Assembly (NCBI GenBank): GCA_044356445.1
Contig: JBIKWE010000001.1
Span: 1-52,256 of the forward strand
Direction: 5' to 3'
DNA from: Limisphaerales bacterium
GTDB taxonomy: Bacteria > Patescibacteriota > Microgenomatia > UBA1406 > GWC2-37-13
DNA: 52,256 nt
Both the position numbers and the translations under genes were made by a program. The notes below the pieces were generated by a model. It saw only the letters and a list, made by a program, of their open reading frames with translations. It did no database searches and had not been told where the DNA came from. This document shows positions 39,698 through 48,304 of this stretch, one piece after another; within the stretch, counting starts at the first letter, position 1; every line of letters begins with the position of its first letter.

Positions 39698-40687
39698 ATG
39701 TTACATAAAAAAACAATATTTTCCTTTTTAATTTTAGGCGTTTTTTTGTTGGTTGCAGTATTCCTCTTTTTAAGAAACAACTGGTCTTCTGAAATTAAAA
39801 ATAATAATAAGCCAAAAGTGACTGCCAGTATTTTTCCCATTTATGATATTGTAAAAAAGGTCGCAGGTGAGAAAATTGATGTTGAGCTTATTTTACCACC
39901 GGGTGCCAGTCCTCATACATATGAACCAAAACCATCAGATATTAAAAAGATACAAAATTCCTCAGCCGTATTTATTGCTGGTCATGGACTTGATTTGTGG
40001 GTTTCAAATATTATCAAAGATGGTAATAGTGTAACAATAATTCCTGTAGACAAAAATGTTACGCTTAAGAGTTATGAAGAATTTGAGAAAATAAACGCAG
40101 TAAAAAGTGATAATCACACTGAAGACACTCACCACAATGAACATGAGGAAACTGATATTAGTCATTCCCATGAAGGTGTTGACCCTCATTATTATTTATC
40201 TATAAAAAATGGACAGCTCATTGCAAAACAAATAAGTTCAGAGCTTCAAATATTGTTTCCTGAATTTAAAAATGAAATCTTAAAAAATGAAAAACAATAC
40301 TTAACTGAATTGAGAAAAATCGAAGAAGAAATAAATTCTAAAATTAGTAAAGTTCAAGGTAAAAGAATAGCCACATTTCATAATGCATGGAATTATTTTG
40401 CTGAAGAATTAGGAGTGAAGGTGGTAGCAACTTTTGAAGAATATCCCGGTGAGGAACCAACCGCACTTTATTTAAAGAATTTTAGTGAAAAAATAAAAGA
40501 TAATAAGCTTAAAGTTGTATTTACAGAACCGCAATTTTCCACAAAAGCGCTATTACCTATCGCGAAGGATTTAGGAGTTACAATTATTGAGATAGATCCA
40601 ATTGGTGGGTTACCTGAAAGAGATAGTTTCATCAAGTTAATGAAGTATAATGTTTTAGAGATTGAAAAAACATTATCTAATCAATGA
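39698..40687 (+). CDS. znuA: Metal (probably zinc) ABC transporter substrate-binding protein
   Basis: Cluster A-I SBP (PGASPHTYEP, DPHYYLS, ATFHNAWNYF) with a His/Asp/Glu-rich loop DNHTEDTHHNEHEETDISHSHEG, as in ZnuA. Confidence 0.8.
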   Translation: MLHKKTIFSFLILGVFLLVAVFLFLRNNWSSEIKNNNKPKVTASIFPIYDIVKKVAGEKIDVELILPPGASPHTYEPKPSDIKKIQNSSAVFIAGHGLDLWVSNIIKDGNSVTIIPVDKNVTLKSYEEFEKINAVKSDNHTEDTHHNEHEETDISHSHEGVDPHYYLSIKNGQLIAKQISSELQILFPEFKNEILKNEKQYLTELRKIEEEINSKISKVQGKRIATFHNAWNYFAEELGVKVVATFEEYPGEEPTALYLKNFSEKIKDNKLKVVFTEPQFSTKALLPIAKDLGVTIIEIDPIGGLPERDSFIKLMKYNVLEIEKTLSNQ

Positions 40688-41397
40688 ATATTCTTGAAGT
40701 AAAAAGCATAACTGCACAATACGACAACACCCTTGAACCAGCAATTGAAAATATTAGCTTTAATCTTGAAAAGGGAACGATCACGGCTTTACTTGGACCC
40801 AACGGATCAGGAAAGTCAACAATATTAAAAGCTATCTTAGGCAGCATTTCTTTTTCGGGTGAAATTTTAATAAATGGTGTTAAAGCAAGTAAAAAATTAG
40901 GAATAGTTTCTTATGTTCCTCAAAGATTTAATTTCGACACATCATTTCCCTTAACTGTTTATGAGTTTTTAAATATTTCTGCACCAGAGACAATTAATCA
41001 ATCTATTCAAATTTCAAAAGTTTTAGATCAAATTGAGATGATAAAGTTTAAGGACTCACTTTTATCACAATTATCTGGCGGTCAGTTACAAAGAGTGCTT
41101 ATTGCCCGAGCATTATTAAAAGAGCCTCAACTCTTAATTCTTGATGAGCCTGAGTCGGGTATAGATATAAATATTAGTCAGAAATTTTATAATCTTATAA
41201 AATTTCTGGTTGCCACAAAAGGCTTAACGGTTCTAATCGCAACTCATGAGCTTGAAATAATAAACTCCTTTTCAGATCAAGTCATATGTATTAATAAAAA
41301 TATTCTATGCTCGGGACGGCCTTCAGACGTTTTGGATTCTAATTTTTTTTCGAGACTTTATGGGACTAATGTGAAAATTTATCCTCATAAGCATTAA
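40684..41397 (+). CDS. znuC: Metal ABC transporter ATP-binding protein
   Basis: Walker A GPNGSGKST, signature LSGGQLQR, Walker B LLILDEP. ATGA overlap with znuA. Confidence 0.87.
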   Translation: MNILEVKSITAQYDNTLEPAIENISFNLEKGTITALLGPNGSGKSTILKAILGSISFSGEILINGVKASKKLGIVSYVPQRFNFDTSFPLTVYEFLNISAPETINQSIQISKVLDQIEMIKFKDSLLSQLSGGQLQRVLIARALLKEPQLLILDEPESGIDINISQKFYNLIKFLVATKGLTVLIATHELEIINSFSDQVICINKNILCSGRPSDVLDSNFFSRLYGTNVKIYPHKH

Positions 41398-41398
41398 T

Positions 41399-42196
41399 AT
41401 GGATTTATCATTTATAGCTTTACCATTTTTTCAAAGAGCCATTTTGGGGGGCTTAATTGTCAGTTTTCTGTTATCTTTCTTTGGCGTAATTACCATCTTA
41501 AGAAGGTCGTCCTTTTTTGGCGACGCCGTGGCTCATGCCTCGCTCACGGGCGTCGCCATTGGATTATTGTCTGGTTTTTCACCGCTTTTGTCAGCAATTT
41601 TTTATGCATCAGGTGTGTCTTTTTTAATTCCATATCTTAATAAAGTAAGCAAACTTGCCATTGATTCATTACTGGGAATAATATTACCCGTCTCTATGTC
41701 TTTGGGAGTTATTTTAATAACCGCATCCCCAGGTTATCAGCCTGAGTTATTATCTTTTTTGTTTGGCAACATATTAAGCATTAGTAATACAGATCTTATT
41801 GTAATTTCTATAACGAGCTTCATTGCCATATTCTGCTTTTTTTTCTTTTTTAGAAAAATTATAAATATCAGTTTTGATCCAGATTACGCAGTAATATTGG
41901 GTATTAGAGTAAGGCTCATTGATAATCTGTATCATATTTTGCTGGCTATTTCGATTGTGCTTGGCGTTTCGATTGTTGGGGTAATTTTAGTAAATGCCTT
42001 ATTAATAATTCCGGCATCTATTGCCAAACTTTATTCTAAATCATTAACTCAAATGCTTGTTCTAACTCCAATATTAGCCGTATCCATAACATTATTTGGT
42101 ATTTTTTTATCAATATTATTCGATATCCCAACCGGTCCAACCATTGCTTTGGTTGGAGGATTTGCTTTTCTCGTCTCTGCTATAATTAAGCGATGA
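41399..42196 (+). CDS. znuB: Metal ABC transporter permease (ABC-3 family)
   Basis: 265 aa, about 8 TM helices, FFGDAVAHASLTGVA motif typical of ZnuB/TroCD-type permeases. Confidence 0.85.
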   Translation: MDLSFIALPFFQRAILGGLIVSFLLSFFGVITILRRSSFFGDAVAHASLTGVAIGLLSGFSPLLSAIFYASGVSFLIPYLNKVSKLAIDSLLGIILPVSMSLGVILITASPGYQPELLSFLFGNILSISNTDLIVISITSFIAIFCFFFFFRKIINISFDPDYAVILGIRVRLIDNLYHILLAISIVLGVSIVGVILVNALLIIPASIAKLYSKSLTQMLVLTPILAVSITLFGIFLSILFDIPTGPTIALVGGFAFLVSAIIKR

Positions 42197-43191
42197 AGAA
42201 TATTGTTATATTCTGCGGAGGGAATTCATCGGAGCACGAAGTCTCAATTTTAAGCACTAAATCCATTCTTGAAGTATCAAGTATTCTGCCTTATAAATTT
42301 TCAGTTTTGTATATTTCAAGGGATTTGAAATGTGTTTATATAAGTGAACCTAGACTACCTTTTGACACTGAATTAAACGGTGATTTAGAACCGCTTGAAG
42401 AAAAGTTATCTGAGCTTAAAAACAAAATTGATTTAGCTTTTCTTGCGGGAATTCACGGAGGTTTTGCTGAAGACGGAACCTTACAAAAAATTCTAAGCAA
42501 TATAGGGATTAAGTTCTCAGGTTCAGATACTACTTCAAGCCGACTGTGCATGAACAAACATTTAAGCACTCAAGTTGTTGTAAATTCAGTTAAGGGAGTT
42601 CTTATACCGCAATCAGAGATTATTTTTGATCCTAATATTAATTATAGTCCTAAAATTTCATTTCCCTTAATAGCTAAACCAAACAAGGACGGGTCAAGTA
42701 ATTTTGTAAAAATAATTAATAACCAAAAGGACCTGAACGATTATTTTTCTGACTTTTCAGAAAAAGTTAATAAGGATGGGATTCTTCTTCAAGAATTTTT
42801 AAATGATGGTATTGAGCTGACTTGCGGTTGCTTGCAAAAGATAAATGGTGAATTTATTTCTTTACCTCCAGTTGAGATAATTCCCAAAAAAAATTTATTT
42901 TTTGATTACTTATCAAAATACAAGGATGAAGGAGCTATTGAAATTTGTCCACCAAAATCTATAGATTCAGATTTTTCTAAGTTTATCAGCCAAATTGCAA
43001 TAGATATTCACAACGCTCTTGGGTGTCGGCTATACTCTAGATCAGACTTTATATACAAAGATAATAAATTTTATTATCTGGAAACAAATACCTTACCGGG
43101 AATGACCAAAAATTCACTTATTCCTAAGGAAGCCAAGCAAGTGGATATGGAGCTTCCTGATTTGATAAAATTCTTGATAGAAAACTCATAA
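42193..43191 (+). CDS. ddl: D-alanine--D-alanine ligase
   Basis: IVIFCGGNSSEHEVS N-terminus, ATP-grasp body, YYLETNTLPGMT C-terminal loop. ATGA overlap with the znuB stop. Confidence 0.9.
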   Translation: MKNIVIFCGGNSSEHEVSILSTKSILEVSSILPYKFSVLYISRDLKCVYISEPRLPFDTELNGDLEPLEEKLSELKNKIDLAFLAGIHGGFAEDGTLQKILSNIGIKFSGSDTTSSRLCMNKHLSTQVVVNSVKGVLIPQSEIIFDPNINYSPKISFPLIAKPNKDGSSNFVKIINNQKDLNDYFSDFSEKVNKDGILLQEFLNDGIELTCGCLQKINGEFISLPPVEIIPKKNLFFDYLSKYKDEGAIEICPPKSIDSDFSKFISQIAIDIHNALGCRLYSRSDFIYKDNKFYYLETNTLPGMTKNSLIPKEAKQVDMELPDLIKFLIENS

Positions 43192-43224
43192 TATTGCGTT
43201 GTGTAATTATACAATAAAATACAC

Positions 43225-43253
43225 TTGCATTTTTTTAATCTCTCATATACAAT
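43225..43253 (+). promoter_or_regulatory. Candidate promoter (TTGCAT-17 nt-TACAAT) of the zinc-ribbon protein gene
   Basis: TTGCAT at 43225-43230 and TACAAT at 43248-43253. The ATG at 43261 is 7 nt after the -10, which supports ATG 43261 over the track TTG 43225. Confidence 0.45.
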
Positions 43254-43260
43254 TCTCAAT

Positions 43261-43809
43261 ATGAATATAAAAGATACACAACAAACCAACTGTCCTAAAT
43301 GCGGTTCTCCGCTTGCACCTGTTGAAGAAACACCAACAGGTAAGAAATTACAAAGATGTTCGGCTGGATCATGGAACCCTCAAACTCGCCAAACTGAAGG
43401 CTGTGATTATGTTAAATGGTTCGCTCCTGAACCAGAAGAGCTTGATGAAGCATGTCCAAAGTGTGGTGCCAAATTAATTATGATGACAACAAGAGCTGGT
43501 AAAAAAATGAAGAAGTGCAGCACAGGTGGTTGGGATCGTGTAGAGAGAAAAGCGACTGGGTGTGATTTTGTTGAGTGGTTTAACGGAACAAAAGAGGAGC
43601 TTGAGGAGCTTTGTCCAAAGTGTAATCAAAAATTACTTCTTGTAACAACGGCTAACGGTAAAAAAATGAAAAAATGCTCAACTTCAGGTTGGGACCGCGA
43701 AGCTAAAAAGGCAACAGGATGCGATTATGTGGAGTGGTTAAGTGGGAGAAATAAAAAACCAGAAAGTAATTCGGTAAATGGAGATGAGAATTTTCCGGAG
43801 TATGAATAG
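43261..43809 (+). CDS. Stand-alone triple topoisomerase-type C4 zinc-ribbon protein (YrdD-like)
   Basis: Three tandem units CPKC-x16-C-x14-C, each followed by D(Y/F)VEW. Related to the topA C-terminal ribbons in this same window. Confidence 0.7.
   Translation: MNIKDTQQTNCPKCGSPLAPVEETPTGKKLQRCSAGSWNPQTRQTEGCDYVKWFAPEPEELDEACPKCGAKLIMMTTRAGKKMKKCSTGGWDRVERKATGCDFVEWFNGTKEELEELCPKCNQKLLLVTTANGKKMKKCSTSGWDREAKKATGCDYVEWLSGRNKKPESNSVNGDENFPEYE
43291..43743 (+). repeat. Three tandem in-frame repeats of about 53 codons (zinc-ribbon modules)
   Basis: Units start at Cys11, Cys65 and Cys118. The pattern is CPKCG/N..L....T..GKK(L/M)(Q/K)(R/K)CS.(G/S)(S/G)W.......(E/T)GCD(Y/F)V(K/E)W. Confidence 0.7.
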
Positions 43810-43812
43810 AGA

Positions 43813-44307
43813 TTAGCTTAATCCCAATACATTAAGAAGGGCCTTATTATAGCCATTTTGGTTTAAAATTTCAAAGTTTTTTTCTTCATTTCCAAAAAAG
43901 AAAGATTGTGGACCTTTCTCTTGGGAATATGACTCATAATGCCCAGCAAAAACATAGCCATCTTTTCTATTAGCTTTAAATAATAAAGACTGTATTTCTA
44001 ATGAATTAAATCTAAAAACACTATCTAAGCATAGAACTCTTGGAAAGTCATAAAAAATTGATCGAATCATTATATTGCCAGAGCAATCATCTATTCTATT
44101 ATCATTAGGTATAAAATCGTATTCAAATGCTTTCCACGTTACATTATAACCATATTGGGTTATTTGCTCATTACGATTTTTAAAACCCATTTCAATTGAA
44201 TTAGCAATCTCTATAGATTTAGAAGCTATTGTCAACAGGGTGCACCTTGAATCAGAATATAGATCTGAACTTATCGGTCTTAGTGTATACGGCATGTTTT
44301 GAAGCAT
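43813..44307 (-). CDS. Hypothetical protein (no recognisable family)
   Basis: 164-aa ORF with no signal peptide, no TM and no motif I recognise. Convergent with the zinc-ribbon gene (3-nt gap). Lies 143 nt downstream of rsmI. Confidence 0.5.
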   Translation of the reverse strand: MLQNMPYTLRPISSDLYSDSRCTLLTIASKSIEIANSIEMGFKNRNEQITQYGYNVTWKAFEYDFIPNDNRIDDCSGNIMIRSIFYDFPRVLCLDSVFRFNSLEIQSLLFKANRKDGYVFAGHYESYSQEKGPQSFFFGNEEKNFEILNQNGYNKALLNVLGLS

Positions 44308-44450
44308 TGTTTCAACAGTTGGAACCTGATTTCTTGCAAGCTCGTTGGGAGTATAAAATCAACGCAAGCGGTTTAAAAAAGTATAACTTCGCTCCCCTGA
44401 CAAAACTGTTTGAGCCTCTCGAAGGGCTTCATTTTTCGAGTATGACATAC

Positions 44451-45161
44451 TTAAGGAAAATACAAAACGACAGTCAACTCTCCCTTGTATTCTAGTTTTT
44501 TAAGCTCAGCGGGCTTCCCGCGCCGAACCTCTTCGTACTCTTTTGTCATTTCTCGGCAAATTATAACGCTTAAATCGGGATAATCCCTTTCTAATATCTC
44601 CAATGTGGTATTAATCCTGTTTGGCGATTCAAAAAAAATAAATGCAGTATTTTTAAAAATATTGCTTACTTTGGAGGTTTCTTCCAAAACTTTAGAAAGG
44701 TCAACCGATTTTTTAGGCAAAAATCCCATAAAAACGAAATTGTCAGTTTTAACGCCAGTATGGAGAAGTGCTGTTGTAACAGCTGATGGTCCGGGAATAA
44801 CAGTGTAGGGCAGATCTCTCTGAATTACCGATTTTATAAGTAAAAAACCCGGGTCAGAAATTATAGGCATCCCAGCTTCTGAGATTAAAGAAATTTTAAG
44901 TCCTTGTTCAAGAAGCCCTATAATTTCAGGCAATTTGGTCATTTCTTTCTCCTTGTAATAAGACACTACTTTTGGAATTTTATTTAAATTGAAATTGAAA
45001 ACATTAAGCCTTTTAATATTATGAAGTAAGGTCATGGCAGATCTTGTATCTTCTGCCAGAATTAAATCAGAATTAAACAATGTTTGAGCTTGTCTTAAAG
45101 AAATATCTTCAATGTTGCCAATTGGGGTTGAAACAAGATACAGCATAATTATTTTGCCCAA
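44451..45161 (-). CDS. rsmI: 16S rRNA (cytidine1402-2'-O)-methyltransferase RsmI
   Basis: Tetrapyrrole-methylase fold, LYLVSTPIGNIEDISLRQ, AEDTR, ISDPG. The alternative start at 45146 (MLYLVSTPIGN) is equally plausible. Confidence 0.9.
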   Translation of the reverse strand: MGKIIMLYLVSTPIGNIEDISLRQAQTLFNSDLILAEDTRSAMTLLHNIKRLNVFNFNLNKIPKVVSYYKEKEMTKLPEIIGLLEQGLKISLISEAGMPIISDPGFLLIKSVIQRDLPYTVIPGPSAVTTALLHTGVKTDNFVFMGFLPKKSVDLSKVLEETSKVSNIFKNTAFIFFESPNRINTTLEILERDYPDLSVIICREMTKEYEEVRRGKPAELKKLEYKGELTVVLYFP

Positions 45162-46003
45162 TAAGAATAAATACCTGTCGAAAGAAGTCTTTTTGAAAAG
45201 CTTTCTTGTAAAACAAGCTCGCCATAATTTATCTTTCCACCAAAGTCATTTGTTAAATCTGAAAGCAGATTATGCAACATAATCGATGATGAAGAAATTG
45301 CATAGGCATTAAAAATTATAAAAATTGGGTTTTTAGAAAGTATTTTTTTACAATTTGCAAGAAGCTCAACAATATTTTTATAAAAATCCCAAGGTTCGCC
45401 TTGTGGTCCATGACCATAAACTGGCGGATCAAGGATAATCCCATCATAAAAATTTCCACGTTTAATCTCCCGGGCAGTAAATTTTATCGCATCATCAATA
45501 ATCCATCTAATTGAGTTTTCAGGCAATCCGGATGCCAACATATTCTCTTTTGCATAAGTAATCGAAGGTTTTGACGCATCAACGTGAGTAACAAATGCGC
45601 CAGCTTTGGCACAAGAGATAGAGGCTCCTCCTGTATAGCCAAATAAATTCAAAATCTTAGGACGATTAAATTTTGAGCTTATAATAAATTCTGAAGCCAT
45701 CTTCCAAAAAATTGCTTGTTCTGGGAATAATCCGACATGTTTAAAAGGGGTTAATCGGGCAAGTAGCTTTAAATTTTCAAACTCCACAACCCATGGTTGC
45801 TTAATATCTTTTTTTAATTGCCATTTGCCATTTTGGAATACTGCATCAGCTCTTTGCCACATCGAAAGTGGGGCTTTTTTTTCCCAAATGGCTTGTGGAT
45901 CTGGTTTGGACACTACATATTTACCAAACCTTTCTAAGCGCATACCATCACCTGAGTCAATAAGCTCATAGTCGTCAAAATCTTTAAGAGTCAATATTTG
46001 CAT
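45149..46003 (-). CDS. Class I SAM-dependent methyltransferase (RlmI/RlmK-like rRNA methyltransferase)
   Basis: Motif I LNLFGYTGGASISCA and motif IV ILDPPVYG. Start at ATG 46003 (MQILTLK). The track start at 46057 would overlap the divergent uvrB. Confidence 0.75.
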   Translation of the reverse strand: MQILTLKDFDDYELIDSGDGMRLERFGKYVVSKPDPQAIWEKKAPLSMWQRADAVFQNGKWQLKKDIKQPWVVEFENLKLLARLTPFKHVGLFPEQAIFWKMASEFIISSKFNRPKILNLFGYTGGASISCAKAGAFVTHVDASKPSITYAKENMLASGLPENSIRWIIDDAIKFTAREIKRGNFYDGIILDPPVYGHGPQGEPWDFYKNIVELLANCKKILSKNPIFIIFNAYAISSSSIMLHNLLSDLTNDFGGKINYGELVLQESFSKRLLSTGIYSYWAK

Positions 46004-46009
46004 ATAGGA

Positions 46010-46017
46010 ATTATAAT
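46010..46017. promoter_or_regulatory. Overlapping back-to-back -10 boxes serving uvrB (+) and the methyltransferase-rsmI operon (-)
   Basis: Plus-strand TATAAT at 46012-46017 lies 6 nt before ATG 46024. Minus-strand TATAAT (reverse complement of 46010-46015) lies 6 nt before ATG 46003. The whole intergenic region is 20 bp. Confidence 0.5.
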
Positions 46018-46023
46018 ATATAC

Positions 46024-48078
46024 ATGAATTTTGTTTTAAAGTCTGCATTCTTGCCAACAGGCGATCAGCCTAATGCCATTTCTAAACTTAAAAACGGGGT
46101 GAATGTTGGCTTAAAAAATCAGGTTTTGCTTGGGGTAACGGGTTCAGGTAAAACTTATACAATGGCTAATATTATAAGGGATTTAAATATGCCAGCGCTT
46201 ATAATTTCACATAATAAAACCCTTGCTGGTCAGCTTTATCAAGAATTTCGCGATTTTTTCCCTGATAATGCTGTTTCTTACTTTGTATCATATTACGATT
46301 ATTATCAGCCCGAAGCATATATTCCATCAACAGATACATACATTGAAAAAGAGGCCGATGTCAACGAAAAGATTGATAAACTGCGACTTCAATCTTCAAC
46401 AAATATCTTAACTCGCAAAGACGTTATAGTTGTGGCATCTGTTTCTTGCATTTACAACATAGGTTCACCTGCTGAGTATGGCAAAAATATGCATACTTTA
46501 AAAATTGGAGATTTTGTTGACTGGAAAACACTTTCTGTAAAACTTACTGAACTACTTTATGAAAGATCCGAGTTTGAGTTTGGTCGTGGCACATTTAGAG
46601 TTCGTGGAAATCACATGGACATATATTTGCCATATCAGGATTACGCGATAAGAATAATAGAGGAATATGGTCGCATAACTGAAATACAACATATTGATCC
46701 ATTAACCGGTCAGAAAATTAAGTCAGAAGTAGGTGATTTCGCAATATATCCAGCAAAATTATACGTTGCCGATTCAGAATCTTTTAAAAATGCTGAGGCT
46801 CAAATTAGGCATGATCTTGAAATTGAACACGCGCAGCTAAAAAATCAAGGCAAGGAGATTGAGGCATATAGATTGTTAAAAAAAGTTAATTATGATCTTG
46901 AGATGATAAAGGAGGTTGGATATGTTAATGGTATAGAGAATTATTCACGATATTTCGATGGCAGAAAACCGGGCGATCCTCCTTATAGTTTGCTTGATTA
47001 CTTTACCCATGCATATGGCAATGATTTTTTAGTAATCATTGACGAATCTCATATGACTGTGCCTCAGATTAGGGGAATGTTTAACGGTGATAAGGCACGA
47101 AAAAAAACATTAATTGAGTTTGGTTTCAGGCTAAATGCTTCTTATGATAACCGACCTTTAAGATTTGAAGAGTTTTATGAAAAACCACCTCATTTCATTT
47201 ATGTTTCGGCAACACCTGATGAGTGGGAGATTGAACAATCAAAAAAAGAAATTGAGTTAAAAGGTGTTGATGCGGGCCACTCAGGCGTGGTTGAGCAGCT
47301 CATAAGGCCAACTGGCATTATTGATCCTGAAATTGAGATACATCCGGCAAAAGACGAAATTCTACATCTAATTTCTGAAATTGAAAAAAGAATAAAAATT
47401 GGTGAAAAGGTCCTTGTAACAACTCTCACCAAAAAACAAGCTGAAGATTTAAGCGAATTTCTTAAAGAAAAGGAAATTCGCGCATCTTATTTGCACTCAG
47501 ATATTCACACCCTTGAAAGATCAGATGTTCTTGATAATCTTCGCAAAAACCAATTTGATGTTTTGATAGGAGTAAATTTATTAAGAGAAGGTTTGGATTT
47601 ACCAGAAGTTACTTTAGTTGCCATACTTGATGCAGACAAAGAAGGGTTTTTAAGATCCAGAACCTCACTTATTCAAACAATGGGAAGAGCCGCAAGAAAT
47701 ATAAAAGGTAAAGTCATTTTATACGCTGACAGAATTACAAACTCCATTGAGAAATCGACCTCTGAAATTAAAAGGCGTCGTGCACAGCAACTTGAGTACA
47801 ATAAAACTCACAATATCACACCCCAAACAATTTATAAGCCGGTTAGAGAAAAAATTATTGAAGACACGGAAACCGAGCTCATGATGTTTGATAAAGTTCA
47901 AAAAGAATTTAGCATAAAGGAGCTTGAAAAAATAAACACAGACTCAATGACGCCAATGGATAGAAAAAAACTTATTAAAAAAATGGAAAAAGAGATGAAG
48001 CAGTATGCTGAAGATATGAATTTTGAGATTGCAATTTTGCTTCGTGATAAAATTAGAAAATTAAAAAGTGAAGTGTGA
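46024..48078 (+). CDS. uvrB: Excinuclease ABC subunit B
   Basis: FLPTGDQPNAI, GVTGSGKT, DESH box, helicase C motifs, C-terminal UVR domain (NFEIAILLRDKIRKLK). Confidence 0.97.
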   Translation: MNFVLKSAFLPTGDQPNAISKLKNGVNVGLKNQVLLGVTGSGKTYTMANIIRDLNMPALIISHNKTLAGQLYQEFRDFFPDNAVSYFVSYYDYYQPEAYIPSTDTYIEKEADVNEKIDKLRLQSSTNILTRKDVIVVASVSCIYNIGSPAEYGKNMHTLKIGDFVDWKTLSVKLTELLYERSEFEFGRGTFRVRGNHMDIYLPYQDYAIRIIEEYGRITEIQHIDPLTGQKIKSEVGDFAIYPAKLYVADSESFKNAEAQIRHDLEIEHAQLKNQGKEIEAYRLLKKVNYDLEMIKEVGYVNGIENYSRYFDGRKPGDPPYSLLDYFTHAYGNDFLVIIDESHMTVPQIRGMFNGDKARKKTLIEFGFRLNASYDNRPLRFEEFYEKPPHFIYVSATPDEWEIEQSKKEIELKGVDAGHSGVVEQLIRPTGIIDPEIEIHPAKDEILHLISEIEKRIKIGEKVLVTTLTKKQAEDLSEFLKEKEIRASYLHSDIHTLERSDVLDNLRKNQFDVLIGVNLLREGLDLPEVTLVAILDADKEGFLRSRTSLIQTMGRAARNIKGKVILYADRITNSIEKSTSEIKRRRAQQLEYNKTHNITPQTIYKPVREKIIEDTETELMMFDKVQKEFSIKELEKINTDSMTPMDRKKLIKKMEKEMKQYAEDMNFEIAILLRDKIRKLKSEV

Positions 48079-48097
48079 TTGAGTAAGAATAAATTTT

Positions 48098-48171
48098 CGG
48101 AGTGTAGTTCAGATGGTAGAACACACGGTTCGGGACCGTGAGGTCGCTCGGTTCAAGTCCGGCCACTCCGA
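48098..48171 (+). tRNA. tRNA-Pro (anticodon CGG)
   Basis: C1-G72 acceptor CGGAGTG/CACTCCG, anticodon arm CACGG-TTCGGGA-CCGTG. The T arm has one extra or mispaired base (GCTCGG-TTCAAGT-CCGGC). Confidence 0.8.
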
Positions 48172-48230
48172 CAGAGAATAATGTTAAATCTAGTTAATAT
48201 TTAAAATAATATAGGTATAATACATAATAA

Positions 48231-48304
48231 CGGGACGTAGTTCAGATGGCTAGAACGTACGCTTTGGGAGCGTAAGGTCGCGAGTTCAAGTCTCGCCGTC
48301 CCGA
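48231..48304 (+). tRNA. tRNA-Pro (anticodon TGG)
   Basis: CGGGACG/CGTCCCG acceptor, anticodon arm TACGC-TTTGGGA-GCGTA, T arm GCGAG-TTCAAGT-CTCGC, discriminator A. Confidence 0.9.

Noticed and set aside
44229-44495. 88-aa plus-strand ORF in the rsmI / hypothetical-gene spacer.
   Set aside because: It overlaps the ends of two minus-strand genes. It has no promoter-like -10 next to its start and no motif. It is probably spurious, although the 143-nt spacer itself is flagged in the findings.
45998-46003. Additional TTGCAT hexamers (45998-46003 and 43225-43230) as extra operator half-sites of the TGCAA-N5-TTGCA motif.
   Set aside because: They lack the partner half-site at N5 spacing. They are better explained as -35-like hexamers or chance matches in AT-rich DNA.
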